A stretch of DNA of 63,695 nt, the filler included, from Rhabdomonas costata (taxonomy: Eukaryota): the NCBI GenBank assembly GCA_019059605.1. It is 53 parts of 53 records of this genome, joined end to end, with 100 filler letters (N's around TTAATTAATTAA, not from the genome) between each part and the next. Parts side by side here need not be neighbours in the genome. Positions count along the whole stretch, not along the records: positions 22,863 to 23,966 come from JAHMHO010028395.1; positions 24,067 to 25,170 come from JAHMHO010028396.1; positions 25,271 to 26,374 come from JAHMHO010028397.1; positions 26,475 to 27,578 come from JAHMHO010028398.1; positions 27,679 to 28,782 come from JAHMHO010028399.1; positions 28,883 to 29,986 come from JAHMHO010028400.1; positions 30,087 to 31,190 come from JAHMHO010028401.1; positions 31,291 to 32,394 come from JAHMHO010028402.1; 45 more parts are not named here. One strand, written 5' to 3'. The position numbers and the translations under genes are program-made. This document shows, piece by piece, positions 23,101-36,244 of this stretch. The notes below the pieces were generated by a model. That model worked only from the letters and a program-made list of their open reading frames with translations. It was not told the origin of the DNA and made no database searches. Positions within the stretch are counted from its first letter, which is position 1. Each line of letters begins with the position of its first letter.

Positions 23101-24574
23101 ATCGACATCAAGTGAATTATACATCGGGATCGATGAAGCGAATACAACTCTAGCTCGATATCTAAGAAATGCACGCCCCATGCGCAAACGGTGTACGGAG
23201 TTATTGGTCGGAAAAGGTGGTGTGTCTGTGTGCGTAGGTTCATGCAAGCACTCAAGACCAAACCAAATTCAATTGCAGTCCTTTAGGAAAGGCCCTTGCA
23301 AAAGCTCACAGTACGACAGTATGCCGGAAATATATTCCTAATGAAGATCTTCACACCGAGCATGACGAATGACATGAGAGCGGGAAAAGGCAAGGACCGA
23401 TTGGTGCGAGGGAAGCCACGCTGACCCAGTAGTACACCCTTCCCTGGGAGGGCGTAGGAAGGAGAATCTCCGGCGAAAGGGCCTCCGAGTTGGGCTGCCG
23501 GGAAGGCCTGTTGTACCCCCCGTACCACACATTGTACAGGGCGGAGATGTAGGAGTCTGGGAGGCTGAGCTGGTCCTTCACCGCCCGCCGGAGCTGGTCA
23601 ACGGAGGTGGGGGGTGGGCCTAGAAGCTCTGTCGTCACCTCGGGGTGCCCAGGGAGCCCCGAGACGACCACCCACATCGATGCCGACATTCCAAAAAACA
23701 AAAACAGGCGAGAGCGAAGGCGGAGCGGGCTGCGAAGCCCACAGGAAAGAACAGGCGCAGAAGGAAATGGAAGAGAACTACGACACAATCAAAGGGACGG
23801 GAGGATCTCCTTTGCCTGCGGGTGAGGTCCACCCAAGGCTGGAGTTGGGTAACAACTGAGACCAGATCTTTGTATTGCTTGAAAGGGAGCCCAGGTGGCT
23901 TGACTGGTTCAGAGACTGGATGGGACCCTGAATCCTCACTCCAGCCTAAGCTGGAACCCCAAAACANNNNNNNNNNNNNNNNNNNNNNNNNNNNNNNNNN
24001 NNNNNNNNNNTTAATTAATTAANNNNNNNNNNNNNNNNNNNNNNNNNNNNNNNNNNNNNNNNNNNNTGGGGGGGGTCGCGGCTGCGTCGACACAAAAAAA
24101 AGAACGCAGCTGCGAGTAAACAACCATTGTTTCAGTTGTTTCTGATGTACTGACGTAAATCTCGTAACTTTCAGAATTGTTCCAAGTTCCAAGTTAAGCT
24201 GACTCAAAGCAAAGCGCTATTTTTGGATGCACTCAAAGCTACAGAAAGCTACAGCCATGGTCCTGCCAGGAAAATGGGCGGGCTTGGCTTGTGTGAACAA
24301 TGATTCAGAACGGAATTTTTTCGACATAATCTTCTTCCCTGAAATAACGGTGGTTGTTAATCCTCCATAGACTTACGCCCCTCTAGCCCCGCCTGTCCGC
24401 GGACACAAATGCGACCTGCCCAACAATGAAAATGAAAAACAGAAAAACAAACGGATGGGGATACAGAAGAGCGACAATCATTTAGTGTGCATTCAATGTT
24501 CATGTGCTTTAAACTCTGGTTTTACGTGCGAATGCAACGGTGTGTGTGTATGTCTGTTGTGTGTTTAGCCGCAG

Positions 24575-24943
24575 TTGGCAGCGATGTTCCGAGAACTTGC
24601 CTGTGTGAATGGGGTGTGTTACGTGTTACGCTGTGTTACGAATGATATGGCAGAACGAATCAATCCCTTGACTGATGAAGAACTGTTTGACACCTTTTCC
24701 ACCCAACCCAGCTATTCTCTGATAAGGTTGATTCCCTTGTTCAGCCATCTCAGTGCAGTACGGGCAGCACCCGGATGACCCTTGAATGCTTTGCACCAGG
24801 AGTGTTTCAGTATACAAAAAAAACAGGAGAAGAGCCAGGTCCGAGCTCTACTGGCTCAGGAGATGGGTGAGCCACAGGTCCCCCGCATCGCGGTGAAGCT
24901 GAGCGATTCCACTACCTTGCAGCGCATCACTGTGCCTGGGAAG
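24575..24943 (+). CDS. Hypothetical protein, possibly SP-RING/MIZ-like; exons ~24575-24726 and 24811-24943
   Basis: GT-AG boundaries are phase compatible; VKLSDSTTLQRITVPGK weakly resembles the start of an SP-RING domain. Confidence 0.35.
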
Positions 24944-25948
24944 GTGGCACTTCACTGCTGCGTTTCCTATTTTTTCTCGCAGCTGCAACTGCACGGAGTG
25001 GAAGGCGAGACCATGGGTGCTTTTGTGCTTTTTTGTAAAGGGTCTCTTGTTCCAAGCAGTCTTTCTTGTTCTTCCTTGTTCAATGGGAAATCCTTGTCCA
25101 GCATCACTGTGGATTTGACTTCATATGGCGTGCAAGTCTGTGCTCGTGATTATTTGAAAAACAAAATCCTNNNNNNNNNNNNNNNNNNNNNNNNNNNNNN
25201 NNNNNNNNNNNNNNTTAATTAATTAANNNNNNNNNNNNNNNNNNNNNNNNNNNNNNNNNNNNNNNNNNNNGTGTTTGAGGGTGGGGGGAGAGGGAGTGGG
25301 TGGGGGTAAATATGCCCCCCTCTCGCCCCCACCTACACATGGTGGAACTCACTGAACGTTTGTTTTACGTTAAGGGGTCGAGGGGTTTGCGTTCGTCACT
25401 TGTTAATTTAGTTGCCACCTACACGGATGCCGCTCCGAAGGTTCGAAGCGACCTGTTGTTACCTGCTGGGAAAAGGGTCTTTGAGAAGCCGAGGTAGCTT
25501 GCTTTTGTGATACCGGATGCGCCTCCCAGAACGCGTCGTGTGCCCCACAGTCTTTTTTGTGGCACACTTGTATGTACACTCCCTTTCTACGTGACTTGCA
25601 GGGGGCACCTACCACGTCTGCTACCAACCCTGGGGCGGGTTTCTCTGGCAGCTTCCCGATATCATCATCAAAGGGCCATCGACCACCTCAGTTCAGGTTT
25701 TATAGATCCCCCCTCTCTGATTCTTCAGCAATGCCTGCTGCACTATCTTATTTTCCGTTTTTGCTGAGTATTCTTCGCTTGTCCTTGTTCTGAGTTCCAT
25801 TGCTCCACGGCTGGAACCTTCAAGTATCAACTAGTAAAAATACGTCGCATTGCGCAGCTGACCTTTGCTCCCTCTGTACATACGAACTCGACCCTTCCCC
25901 CAATATCACACCATACGCTTTGCCCCGAAAATGCTTCAAGAGGAAAGG

Positions 25949-26374
25949 ATGAGAATCGGTTTGTTGATGGCTCTCGTTTGGGCATTCTCCTCTGCCTGGT
26001 CGCATGCGCAGCTTTACCCCCGGATTGGTGTAACGGGAATTTCAATCAATCACACCGTCTCCGGCACCGGGCTGAGCTACTCGTCGGACTCGGTGAGCAT
26101 TTGCGATGGCTTCGACTGGCGACGGGACATGGGCGGCCGCGTTCGGGGCGGACCGAAGCTCTCCGGGGGAACCTCCACCGCGATCAACGTTACGGCGGTG
26201 TACCTTTTGGGGGGCACGTACACCATAAACTACACCGTGTCCTGTGGTTCGGCGATTACTATGACCTCCTTCAACATAAGCGGGCCCAACAACTATAGCA
26301 CGCCCGCCAACCCCTGCCTCGGAAAGCCCGCAAACCTCACCGTGACGGGCCTGAACATCACCCCCCCCCAACAC
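25949..26374 (+). CDS. Secreted or surface glycoprotein, N-terminal part
   Basis: MRIGLLMALVWAFSSAWSHA signal-peptide-like start, many N-x-S/T sequons, GC3-rich codons, open to the contig end. Confidence 0.65.
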
Positions 26375-27912
26375 NNNNNNNNNNNNNNNNNNNNNNNNNN
26401 NNNNNNNNNNNNNNNNNNTTAATTAATTAANNNNNNNNNNNNNNNNNNNNNNNNNNNNNNNNNNNNNNNNNNNNGTGGGTGTGTTGGCCCGAAATTGGGC
26501 CCAGATGGCTGAGACGCCCTCCTCCCTCGTGCTTGAGGGTGGAACTCGTAATATATATATTTTTGGATTCCAGTTTAACCGCGGTGGTCCTGCCCACTGG
26601 GTTGTCATCCCGCGAGCTAACCTGTTTCCTGACCAACAGCAAGACACTTCGCTTCCAACCCGCGCCGTGGAGAGTGAGCGGCACTCCACAGACACTTCAC
26701 TGAGTGTTTCTGTTTTTCCCTCCGACCTTTTCAACATTTGGTTGACCCCCTAACCCGTTGCTAGAAGAACCTGTCCTGTCGAGGGCGCGGTGCCTGGTTT
26801 TCCAACCCGGGGGAGTCCATTTCGGTGGTGGCAACTGTGCCCCTTCTTCTTTTTTTTCAAAGTTGTCTGTTCACTATCCCAGGCAAGGGCGTTCGCCTGG
26901 AGGAAGTATCGCCCACTGCGAACTATCAGCACCCCGTTTGCGCCCGCTTGTCCTTTGATTGTGATTAATTTACCTTTACCGACAATATTGATGAGCATCC
27001 AGACTCCCAGAGGAGTCTGTGCACTGTCGCAAAACAATTTTCTTGGACAGAAAACAGGGAAACGGAATACAAGATGAAAGAAAATCTCACCTGCTAAAAA
27101 ACTAGAACAATATACCTTGCATAGTAGGACGTCGCTGCCTGCGCAAGTACAATGCATGGCGCAAGCTATTTTTATCTGCAAAATTTCGCAAAGTACCACT
27201 AAACCCAAGGTGGTTAATTGATGGGAGTCCTGCGGTTCCATTGAATTTGTCTAGTTTTTCCCTGCAACCATTAATGCCCGCTAGACTGTTGAAGGTAACA
27301 TTAGAGAGTGGTATGTTGGCGAAAACTAATTGGCTAGACGATTAAAACGGAACACCCACACGACCACCCTTCAGCAAGGGTCATTTCAACCCAACACCCA
27401 GAAATGCCCACACCCAGCACCGAAGAATTTTTGCCACCACCCCATCTTCCTGTTCAGGTGGGCGACCGGGTTGGCATTTGGCCCCATAGTCCGACCTGGC
27501 GTGAGCCCCACTATCCCCGTTTTTTTCCGGGAAATCCATCAGAGCTGCTGAATGACTTGAGGCAGCACCACACCCACCNNNNNNNNNNNNNNNNNNNNNN
27601 NNNNNNNNNNNNNNNNNNNNNNTTAATTAATTAANNNNNNNNNNNNNNNNNNNNNNNNNNNNNNNNNNNNNNNNNNNNTGTTTTTGGGCCTTGGCAGGCT
27701 ACAGAGCTTTCAGACGGGGCTGCCGAGCATACCTGAGGTACTACTGGGGCCGGAATGCTTGTGTTTATAGCTGCCCTTGAAGCCATTTTGGGGCTATTAG
27801 GGCCTTTTTTTTTTGGGAGTTGTAGCCTGTAGAGGTTCCCCGTGTTGGATCCTTCCTTGGGTGTCCAATGGTGGGGGAAATTTTAAAGTCTCGCGCGTTT
27901 CCTTCTGCACAG

Positions 27913-28686
27913 GTTCACGACTTGGTGCGCGGCCGCTTTGCTCATGCTGTTTCCCGAGTGGTCCTTTTGGACAACAGGTTCTTCCTATCTGCTCTCAACC
28001 TTGGCTTTCCCGCGCTGTCCGCTTGTATCTGCTTGTATCTGCGGACGACACGCACCACACGTTGCATATTCACTCACAAACGGACTCACGAACGTTTGGG
28101 CTGAGCGAACTGTCGGAGCATTTGTCGAAGCCCTCTCACTTCCGTCATATCCACTGGCTTTCTTCATGTGCTGACTCTTTGAGAGCAAAAAGAAGAGAAC
28201 ATGCCGTGGCCATAGTGGGTGACGTGTGTGCAGGTATGCGTTTGAGTTCGACGGAGGCAGCCTGATGGGCGCTGTGCACGTCAGCACGCCGTCCCAGGTC
28301 GCCGCACTGTTCGACCCCCCGCTGCCCCGGGACACCGCGATAGTGTGCTTCTGCGAGTTCTCCCAGAAGCGTGGGCCCCGCACGTATGTCCCCGCACTGA
28401 AGTTCAGTCGTGTTCTGAAGTTGAATCTCTATCTGCGGTTAGAGCATCGTACGCTGCCGCTCGAGGACTCGGGGCCTCCATTTGACGCTGCAATAAAGGG
28501 GTTCCGCGATCAGAGCCTTTGAAATCTTCAGTCACCCTTGGTCTAGGTCCTATCCCTCGCACTTCTTCTCTTAGGTGGAACTTTTTGCGTGATCGGGACC
28601 GCTCACTGAACATGTATCCAGAGCTGCACTACCCTTTCCTCTACCTGCTGGACGGGGGCTACAAGGAGTACCACGCTCGCTTTCCG
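27913..28686 (+). CDS. CDC25: Cdc25 family phosphatase catalytic domain; exons 27913-27977, 28234-28383, 28575-28686
   Basis: Phase-compatible GT-AG introns give VVLLDNRYAFEFDGG...FCEFSQKRGPRTWNFLRDRDRSLNMYPELHYPFLYLLDGGYKEY, with a CX5R active site. Confidence 0.9.
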
Positions 28687-31290
28687 GTGAGGCTGTGTTC
28701 GGTTTTGGGCAATTGTGCACCCTGCCTCTGAACCGAGCTCTCTCACTATATATTATCCCTTGCTTCAAGCGTCACCAACAACNNNNNNNNNNNNNNNNNN
28801 NNNNNNNNNNNNNNNNNNNNNNNNNNTTAATTAATTAANNNNNNNNNNNNNNNNNNNNNNNNNNNNNNNNNNNNNNNNNNNNTGTGGTTGGGGCTCATAT
28901 TTGAGGTATGGTGGTACTTCTGGCAGTATTTCTGAGGTGAGCTGGTTGGCCGATTTCTGGCCTTGGATTTCTTTTTTTTACGCCGAGTTGTGAGAGATTT
29001 ATGGGGCCTTTTTTTAATAGGCTTTTTTAAAGGTGGAAATTACGCCAAAAGCAGTCTCGAAGCTTGGCCTTCTTAGGGCAAACAGCTGCGGGTTGGATTA
29101 TGGAATATAAGTTGGAAAACGTATTTTGAGCGCTTTGGTTTTTGTTTGTTTTTCTTGTTCTTTTTTTTTGCTCATCGTGTTTGCTCGTGATTCCATGTTG
29201 TTGCCAGGTTCTTGCCGTGATTGTAAGAAATCTCACCAGCCCTTTGAACGGGCATTGCTTCGAAAGCGAGGACCTAGATGATGTCGTCTTTGGCAGTTGC
29301 AGGGCAGCCTGGGCTGCGGCGTGGTGGCAGGAGTGCTGGTGGGGAAGTACGGCAAGCGGTTCACCGTGAACCCCATCCCCGACCCCAACCCTCCGGTCAC
29401 CATCACCGACCTGCGTGGGGCCGAAGCCACGGAGCGCGGCCAGGGCCCACCTGTGGCCTCCGAGGCCGGGCCGGTTCCTCCTCCTCTGCCCCCCACGGTC
29501 CGAGCTCGAGAGGATCGGAGAACTGCCTGGCCGAAAAGAGAATACAGCATCTCCATAAGATCCAAGCGAGAAAGTGACGCCGGGTCACGAGAGGGAGAAA
29601 AATCTTGCTCACCCTTGGTATTCAATAGTTTTCCGTCGGTCTTCTTGGGTGGATTGCACCAGCGAAAAAAGTAGGAGACCCACTAATTAGCGGTTCAATA
29701 GCAAATGTCACCGAGGTTAAGCATCCCGTGGGGCTTTTTGCAAGAGTATTTGCAATCCAGCTCGAATAACTTGCTGCACTCGGCAACAGATGGTTTAGGA
29801 CGACACTCTGTGGCATTTCTCATCAACCGTAGGTTGATGGCTGCTGAGGCTTAAATCGGATTGATCCGCGCTTCACAATCACCCAGCACTGGAGTGGGCC
29901 CCTGGTCAGCTCATCATCTCTCCGAAGTCCTTCGAGCTCGAACCTCGCACACCGCCTCTCGTCCCGGCCAACCGCACCACCACACCNNNNNNNNNNNNNN
30001 NNNNNNNNNNNNNNNNNNNNNNNNNNNNNNTTAATTAATTAANNNNNNNNNNNNNNNNNNNNNNNNNNNNNNNNNNNNNNNNNNNNTTTTGTTGGGTGGC
30101 GATGCACGTGTCCTCTGGGACAGTAGCACAGGGGGTCCTGGGGGCCTTGTCCCCCGGGTATGTGAAGGGACTTGTATCTTGATAAGCATCCACAGAGCAA
30201 AGCCACAGAAAAGTAACAGAGGAAGTTTTCCGAGCATATCTGCGGAAAACTTCCTCTGTTACTTTTCTGTGGCTTTGCTCTGTGGATGCTTACTTCTGGG
30301 TTCCAGGAGGGGGGGGCGCTAAGTATAGTTATGCTGCTTACTGGGGACACTACCTCTGCCCCGAATTCCTACCCTCCCCATGCCGGGATGTGTTCTGTAG
30401 TGACACGCAGGCATGCACGTTGTGTCATCAGAACTGTTGCCGATGTCCTTTGGATGCTTTTGCTGTGGTTCCTGTTCAAGACGAGCCCTTCTGCCACTGC
30501 CACTGCCACTGCTGCTGCTGCTGCTGCTGCTGCGACACTACTGCTCAACAGGCGCCCGGTCCTCGATGGAGGTCCTGCTTCTGACCCCACCGATAGCGCC
30601 GCGCTCCAAGCTGACCGCCAGTGCCGCTGAAGCTGTGCCCGCTGGCCGAGGAGATGGCGGTTGCTGGGAGGACGCCTTCCGGTCCCCACCTGATCCGTGC
30701 TGCTCGAAAACGTCCAGAACGTTTGGTCTCCTCCTTCCTACCACTGAACCCTTTCCCCCCTTCGCTCACAGACGCGCACACGCGCACGATCCTATCTCTG
30801 CCGGACATGCTTGCATAGCTTGCTTAACACGCCAGGAAACGCCAGGAATTTCTTCAGGATTTATCCAGAAGGAAAGTCTACGCCGAGCAGCATATAACCG
30901 CTGACGAGCGAAGCACAACCCCGTGCAGAAATAGCAGAGGAAAGAGATGTTTCAATAAGGCAGCTGCCCCATTTTCGCCAAAGCCAAGCTGTGTGAAGGC
31001 GATGGGTCGGCGTTTTGGTGATGATACAAGGTATGCGCACCTTAGCCGGTATCGAAGATATTTGGGCACCACCACTTCAGCAGGAAATACGTGTTGCTGC
31101 TCCCGAGTTAGAACTTAGGCAGGCGCACTTCCCCAACCGCAGACCTCAGACGCCCTTTTTCGAAAACGCACGCAGCACCCCCAACCAACCNNNNNNNNNN
31201 NNNNNNNNNNNNNNNNNNNNNNNNNNNNNNNNNNTTAATTAATTAANNNNNNNNNNNNNNNNNNNNNNNNNNNNNNNNNNNNNNNNNNNN

Positions 31291-32284
31291 GTGGGGTTGT
31301 GGCACCAGCTGCACGTCTTTTTTCAGGCGCTGCACCAGTACATGGCTTCTCATGGGGATACCCTGCCGGAGAGCTACAATCAGCAGCAGGTGCCACAAGT
31401 CTTACCCCTTATACTTGAATTAGAAACCAGCGGTGATATCAAGTTCGTTAGAGCTTCAGCAGAATCGGGCTGCTTTGAATTTCGGATCGCTTTGACTTGT
31501 ATTAGAGCTGCAATTCTGTTCGTCACTTGGCGACACAAGACACTTCGGCAGACCTTTCCCTCCCGCCCTGAAGTGGCTTTCCCTGCAAACGACGGTGACA
31601 ACAGCAGCTGCCATGTGCGCTGTTTTTTTGAACTTTTGAGAGATCAAAATTAGTGAGGTGTTATCTGGTGGCTTTTGTTGGGCTTTGTTGTTGTCTTAGT
31701 GCCGCGTGTGTTGCAGGCTGATGAGATTGTTGCTTTGGCGAGGCAGGTGATCGCAAAGTACCCGAGCTTCGGCCCCCTGAAGGAGAAAGCGGTGTCCACG
31801 CTTGCGTTGACCTGCAGCGGAAACCTCAACCCCATGGCAGCGTTCTTGGGCGGCTTTGTTGCCCAAGAAGTCCTGAAGGCCTGCTCTGGAAAGTTCACCC
31901 CCTTGTCTCAGGTACAATTTCCTGTGATGGTGATGTGCAGGCTTCTCATCGCCTTCGCCTCCCCGCCCAGTCCGCAGTGACCTGGTGACGGTGATATTTG
32001 TTTCGATTTTCGTGACAATGGCTGCGCCCATTCTTGGGAGTGTAATTCCATGAGCAAATGGATGCAAGTTGAGTGCAACGCGGATGTGCAGTCACTGAAT
32101 CGCTGGGTCGTTGTGAGGAAAAGAACCCGATGCAACCCTCTTCAGCTCGGACCGCATGTTGATGCGCCCTTGAGCGGTTTGTGATAGGCGTGTGTTATGG
32201 TCATCTCTGCTCAGTGGCTGTACTACGATGCACTGGAGATTCTCCCTGATCCGCTGCCCTCCCCGGAAAGCTGCAAACCAACAG
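31291..32284 (+). CDS. UBA1: Ubiquitin-activating enzyme E1; exons 31291-31389, 31717-31911, 32215-32284
   Basis: LHVFFQALHQY...NPMAAFLGGFVAQEVLKACSGKFTPLSQ|WLYYDALE. Confidence 0.92.
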
Positions 32285-33942
32285 GTTCTTTCGTGGGAAA
32301 GGTGCTTTTTTCGATGAGCCGCTTCGCGATTGATTGGGTGTGTGTGGTCTTTCGCGCACTGCGGTGCCTCTGAGAACCATTCCAAACCAACCCCNNNNNN
32401 NNNNNNNNNNNNNNNNNNNNNNNNNNNNNNNNNNNNNNTTAATTAATTAANNNNNNNNNNNNNNNNNNNNNNNNNNNNNNNNNNNNNNNNNNNNGTTGGG
32501 GTGGACCATCCTATCATCTCTATTAGCTCAATGAGATTATTCTCAGCGTCTTAAAATCGCAGTGTTTTACTTTTCTTCGTCCATTCTGCTTTCGCACATT
32601 AAAAAGTGGGGGGAGAGACTGGTAGAAATATGGAACACGCGCGCACACAACGGTGCCCGTGAACCCCGGAGGAACAGGGCGCGGAAGCGGTCTCGCCTCG
32701 TCCCCCCAGCCAGAGGACTCGGAGAGCAGGTGTCGCTAGGGCGCTCTAAGGGACATGACCACGTAAAAATTCCTGTTTCCCTTGTCCTTCTTCTCTCCAA
32801 TTCTGTCTGGTTGCTCTGGTTTCAACCCCAACCTCTTGCCATTTTTCATTTGGGTACCCTGACCTTTTGGTACTCTGCTTTTCTTGGGTGATGTGAAAGT
32901 CGTGTTCAGTGCGGGTGGAAGTGTGGGGAGGGGAGAGCAAAGTATATCAGTCGCTCTGGGCCGCCACACCGCAACTGGCACTCCACTGCAACTCGTTACA
33001 TACCCAACTTCCGACGCGATTGGAGACTTGTTCCCGGAAACCTCCATTCTCCCTTCCTCCAGTTCTGGCACCTCCGACGCTGTCAGCCTCCGAGAACCAG
33101 AGACAGTTTCTGAGCCCCTGAACCCGATCCTGACATGCTCGCGCTCTACGGAGCCCCCCCTACAGCCTGGGACATTATTAGGAGGCGTTATATCTAACGC
33201 TGCCCCCTCCCCTCCAACTGTGGACGACCCAAGGGCTTCGTGGTTTTTCCTATTGGTTTCCTGCTCAACCTGGGAAGTCGGCAGCGGGGACGCAATGAGA
33301 CGTAGCTTAGGGTTGTAACTGCACATGGCCACGTCCTGTGTCCAGCAGTGTGCGTTTTTACCACTTCGTTGGGTATCCACCCAAAAACTGCACTTCCTGG
33401 CGGATGCAGGTACACTTCCTGCATTCGTGGCGGTTTACTGCAGCACCTTGCCCCACAGCCAAGAGCCCGGGCGCGGTCAAAGTAAGGTCTCTGGAGAGGC
33501 AATCAACTAAAGAGACCCCCGCCTACGCTTCGCTGAGCTTCCGGGCCCCAACAAACCAAAATCAAAAACAACCAAAACTTCCGGGAATACAAAACACANN
33601 NNNNNNNNNNNNNNNNNNNNNNNNNNNNNNNNNNNNNNNNNNTTAATTAATTAANNNNNNNNNNNNNNNNNNNNNNNNNNNNNNNNNNNNNNNNNNNNGT
33701 TTGTTTTGCCGCGGTCGGATTTTGGGCTGTTGATATAGAATCTGTTTCCAATGGTAATGGGGCTTCCTAAAAACAAACAAACAGACTTTCCCCGTAAATT
33801 TCCATTGGCATAGTTGCGCTAGGATTAGGACGCCCTCACCTCTGTGATCCATGCACAAATTGAAGTTACACTTTCCAGAGCCCAATGCCAAAGGGTTTTA
33901 ACATCTGTTCTGGAGGCGCACAGAAGCGCGACACTCAAGCAC

Positions 33943-34149
33943 CTCTGTGATGTCCACCACAAGAAGGTCGAGGAAGGATTGGTCAGCACTGCAATGGCAC
34001 CAATGGTCACCCTCGCCGCCAGCATCCCACTTCACTCCGCGCTGGCCGTCGCCATTGATCCGCACAACATGTCCAAGGCGGCCCGCACCACCGTCTTGTT
34101 CCCCTTGACACCAATCGGGTCCTCGAGTCACACGGTCGCCTACCTTGGC
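33943..34149 (-). CDS. MIB/HERC2-domain exon
   Basis: ctcAG|GCC; VGDRVTRGPDWCQGEQDGGAGRLGHV...VKWD. Confidence 0.8.
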
Positions 34150-34902
34150 CTGAGGAGCACGTTCCAGCACAAACAGCAAAAAAATGGCAGATGGTGAAGG
34201 AGGGAAAGGTGCCTTTTCTTTCTTTTTCCGGCGCAAGATGGAAGGTAACAATTCCGTTCGAAAAGTGAGAGCTGAGAAACGGTAACTCTGCCGCGTTCCC
34301 CAGCATACACCCATGTTCAGTGGAAATGCTGTGATGCATCGGCAGCCTTGAGGGGCAACGAGTGAGGCCGGTGGCTGGGTTCCACGGTGCCTCGCACCTG
34401 CCCAAGCACTGGTTTACCAAAGCAATCCGAGCGCGTGGCTGTTCTCCATTTGGAGGTGGGCATGCCTCCGATGGGTTGCCACTATTTCCAGCACCCTGCA
34501 CCTGCTAAGCAGCGGAGAAAACATATGGGAAAACATCATCCGGCAGGAGGGGAGGAGGAACAGGCGCTTTTCTCCCGCAGAGCTCGCCCTTATCTCCGAG
34601 CTCCTCTGTGTGAGCTAAAATACATCGAACTCCAGGCCAATGCAAAGAAGCCAATCACAGGCACAATCACAGGCAGGAAAGCACCTTAGAATCCTTCCAA
34701 AACTCTATTACAATTTGCATGTAAAGGGACATTCCCATGACACATGGGTGCACCGCTTGTTCTTCAAATTCAGTTCCAAAACGAATCCTAACCCCCCACA
34801 CCNNNNNNNNNNNNNNNNNNNNNNNNNNNNNNNNNNNNNNNNNNNNTTAATTAATTAANNNNNNNNNNNNNNNNNNNNNNNNNNNNNNNNNNNNNNNNNN
34901 NN

Positions 34903-35407
34903 GTGGGGTGGTGCCTTCGGAAGCTGCGGAAGTGGGCTGAGGCAGCAGGCCAAGCAGCTTGGGGGTGTCCAGCAGAAGGTCGAACTGCCCGGTGCCACCG
35001 CGGATCTGGCGGCCCATCAGGATGTTCGCGGAAACCCCCTTCATGCTGTCCCGCTCCCCAAAAGCGGCGGCCTGGAACAGGATCTCCACCGTCTCCTCGT
35101 ACGAGCACCGCATCAAAGGCCTTTTTTTTTGATTTCGCACCTCAATTCAACTGGAACAAGAAATCGCAGAAACCCCAATCGTGGCATCACCCGATCCTCG
35201 AGCCAGAGCAGGCGCGCGGTCCATGTAGGTGAGCGAGTGAGTGGAGTGAATGAGTGAGTGAGTGAGAGTGTACCCTGCGTGGGAGCGGTTGATGCCGTGG
35301 CGGGAGATCGCCATGAGGTGGCCCTTGTTCGTCATCGCGTCACACAGCACGGAGTAGTGGCGGTAGCCAATCCCAATACCGTACACGTCGTACACAAATT
35401 TAATCTC
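34903..35407 (-). CDS. RPB1: RNA polymerase II largest subunit, region H; exons 35407-35274 and 35120-34903
   Basis: YRHYSVLCDAMTNKGHLMAISRHGINRSHAG|PLMRCSYEET...GVSANILMG...GTGQFDLLLD. GPLMRCSxEET is characteristic of Pol II rather than Pol I or III. Confidence 0.92.
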
Positions 35408-36244
35408 CTGCGAAGAACCCACCGACTTGGAGAGGGAGGGGAGAGCGGCAAAGCAAATTTGTGCATCTTAGACGCATCTTGCGAAGTTATAGCTTCAGAG
35501 TTGTGCTATACGCCAGCAGTCGAAACGATGTGCAAGAACAACCATCGCGATCCCAACAAAGTCTTCAATCAAAAACGCCATCAAAACATTCCCTGCACAT
35601 CAGGAAAAGCGAAAATGAAAGGGGATCCGAACCTGGCCACAACATAAACTAACCGTCGGTTTGGTTCTACCGCCACCACAAAAGGACCAGTGTTCGAAAG
35701 CGAGTCTCTTGAGGAAGTGCTGCAATGGATTTATGAGTTCAGACATTACTGTTTACGAAACGCTTCGCGTTACAAGTATAAACCAATATGGCGGCATAAT
35801 GCTACAGCAAAGTGGCTTTATCAGTAACTAAACGGCGATAGTAGCGATGTTTAATGGCTTTTGTACACTTTTCTCGCTGGAAACATCGATCGCCTTTCAG
35901 GGACATCACCATGTTTGACGTGTAACAGACTTTTTAACAGACCGTTCTGAAAGTGCAAGCAATGAATTTATTAATTCTTACATTAACCCGGCATTAAAAC
36001 AAACANNNNNNNNNNNNNNNNNNNNNNNNNNNNNNNNNNNNNNNNNNNNTTAATTAATTAANNNNNNNNNNNNNNNNNNNNNNNNNNNNNNNNNNNNNNN
36101 NNNNNGCACGTAGCTTTTTTTTTCGCCTTTTGGCAGCATTCTAACGCTTATTTTTTGCGCTGCGTTTCTCCTCTGAGTTTACACTGCGAGCACACACTGT
36201 GGTGTTTATGTTCATGTGTGTATATTCACGTGGCCCTGACACAG

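Noticed and set aside
26693..26720. Resemblance to the euglenid spliced leader (CTGAGTGT...TTTTT)
   Set aside because: Only about 8 nt match exactly and no GT donor follows; likely chance.
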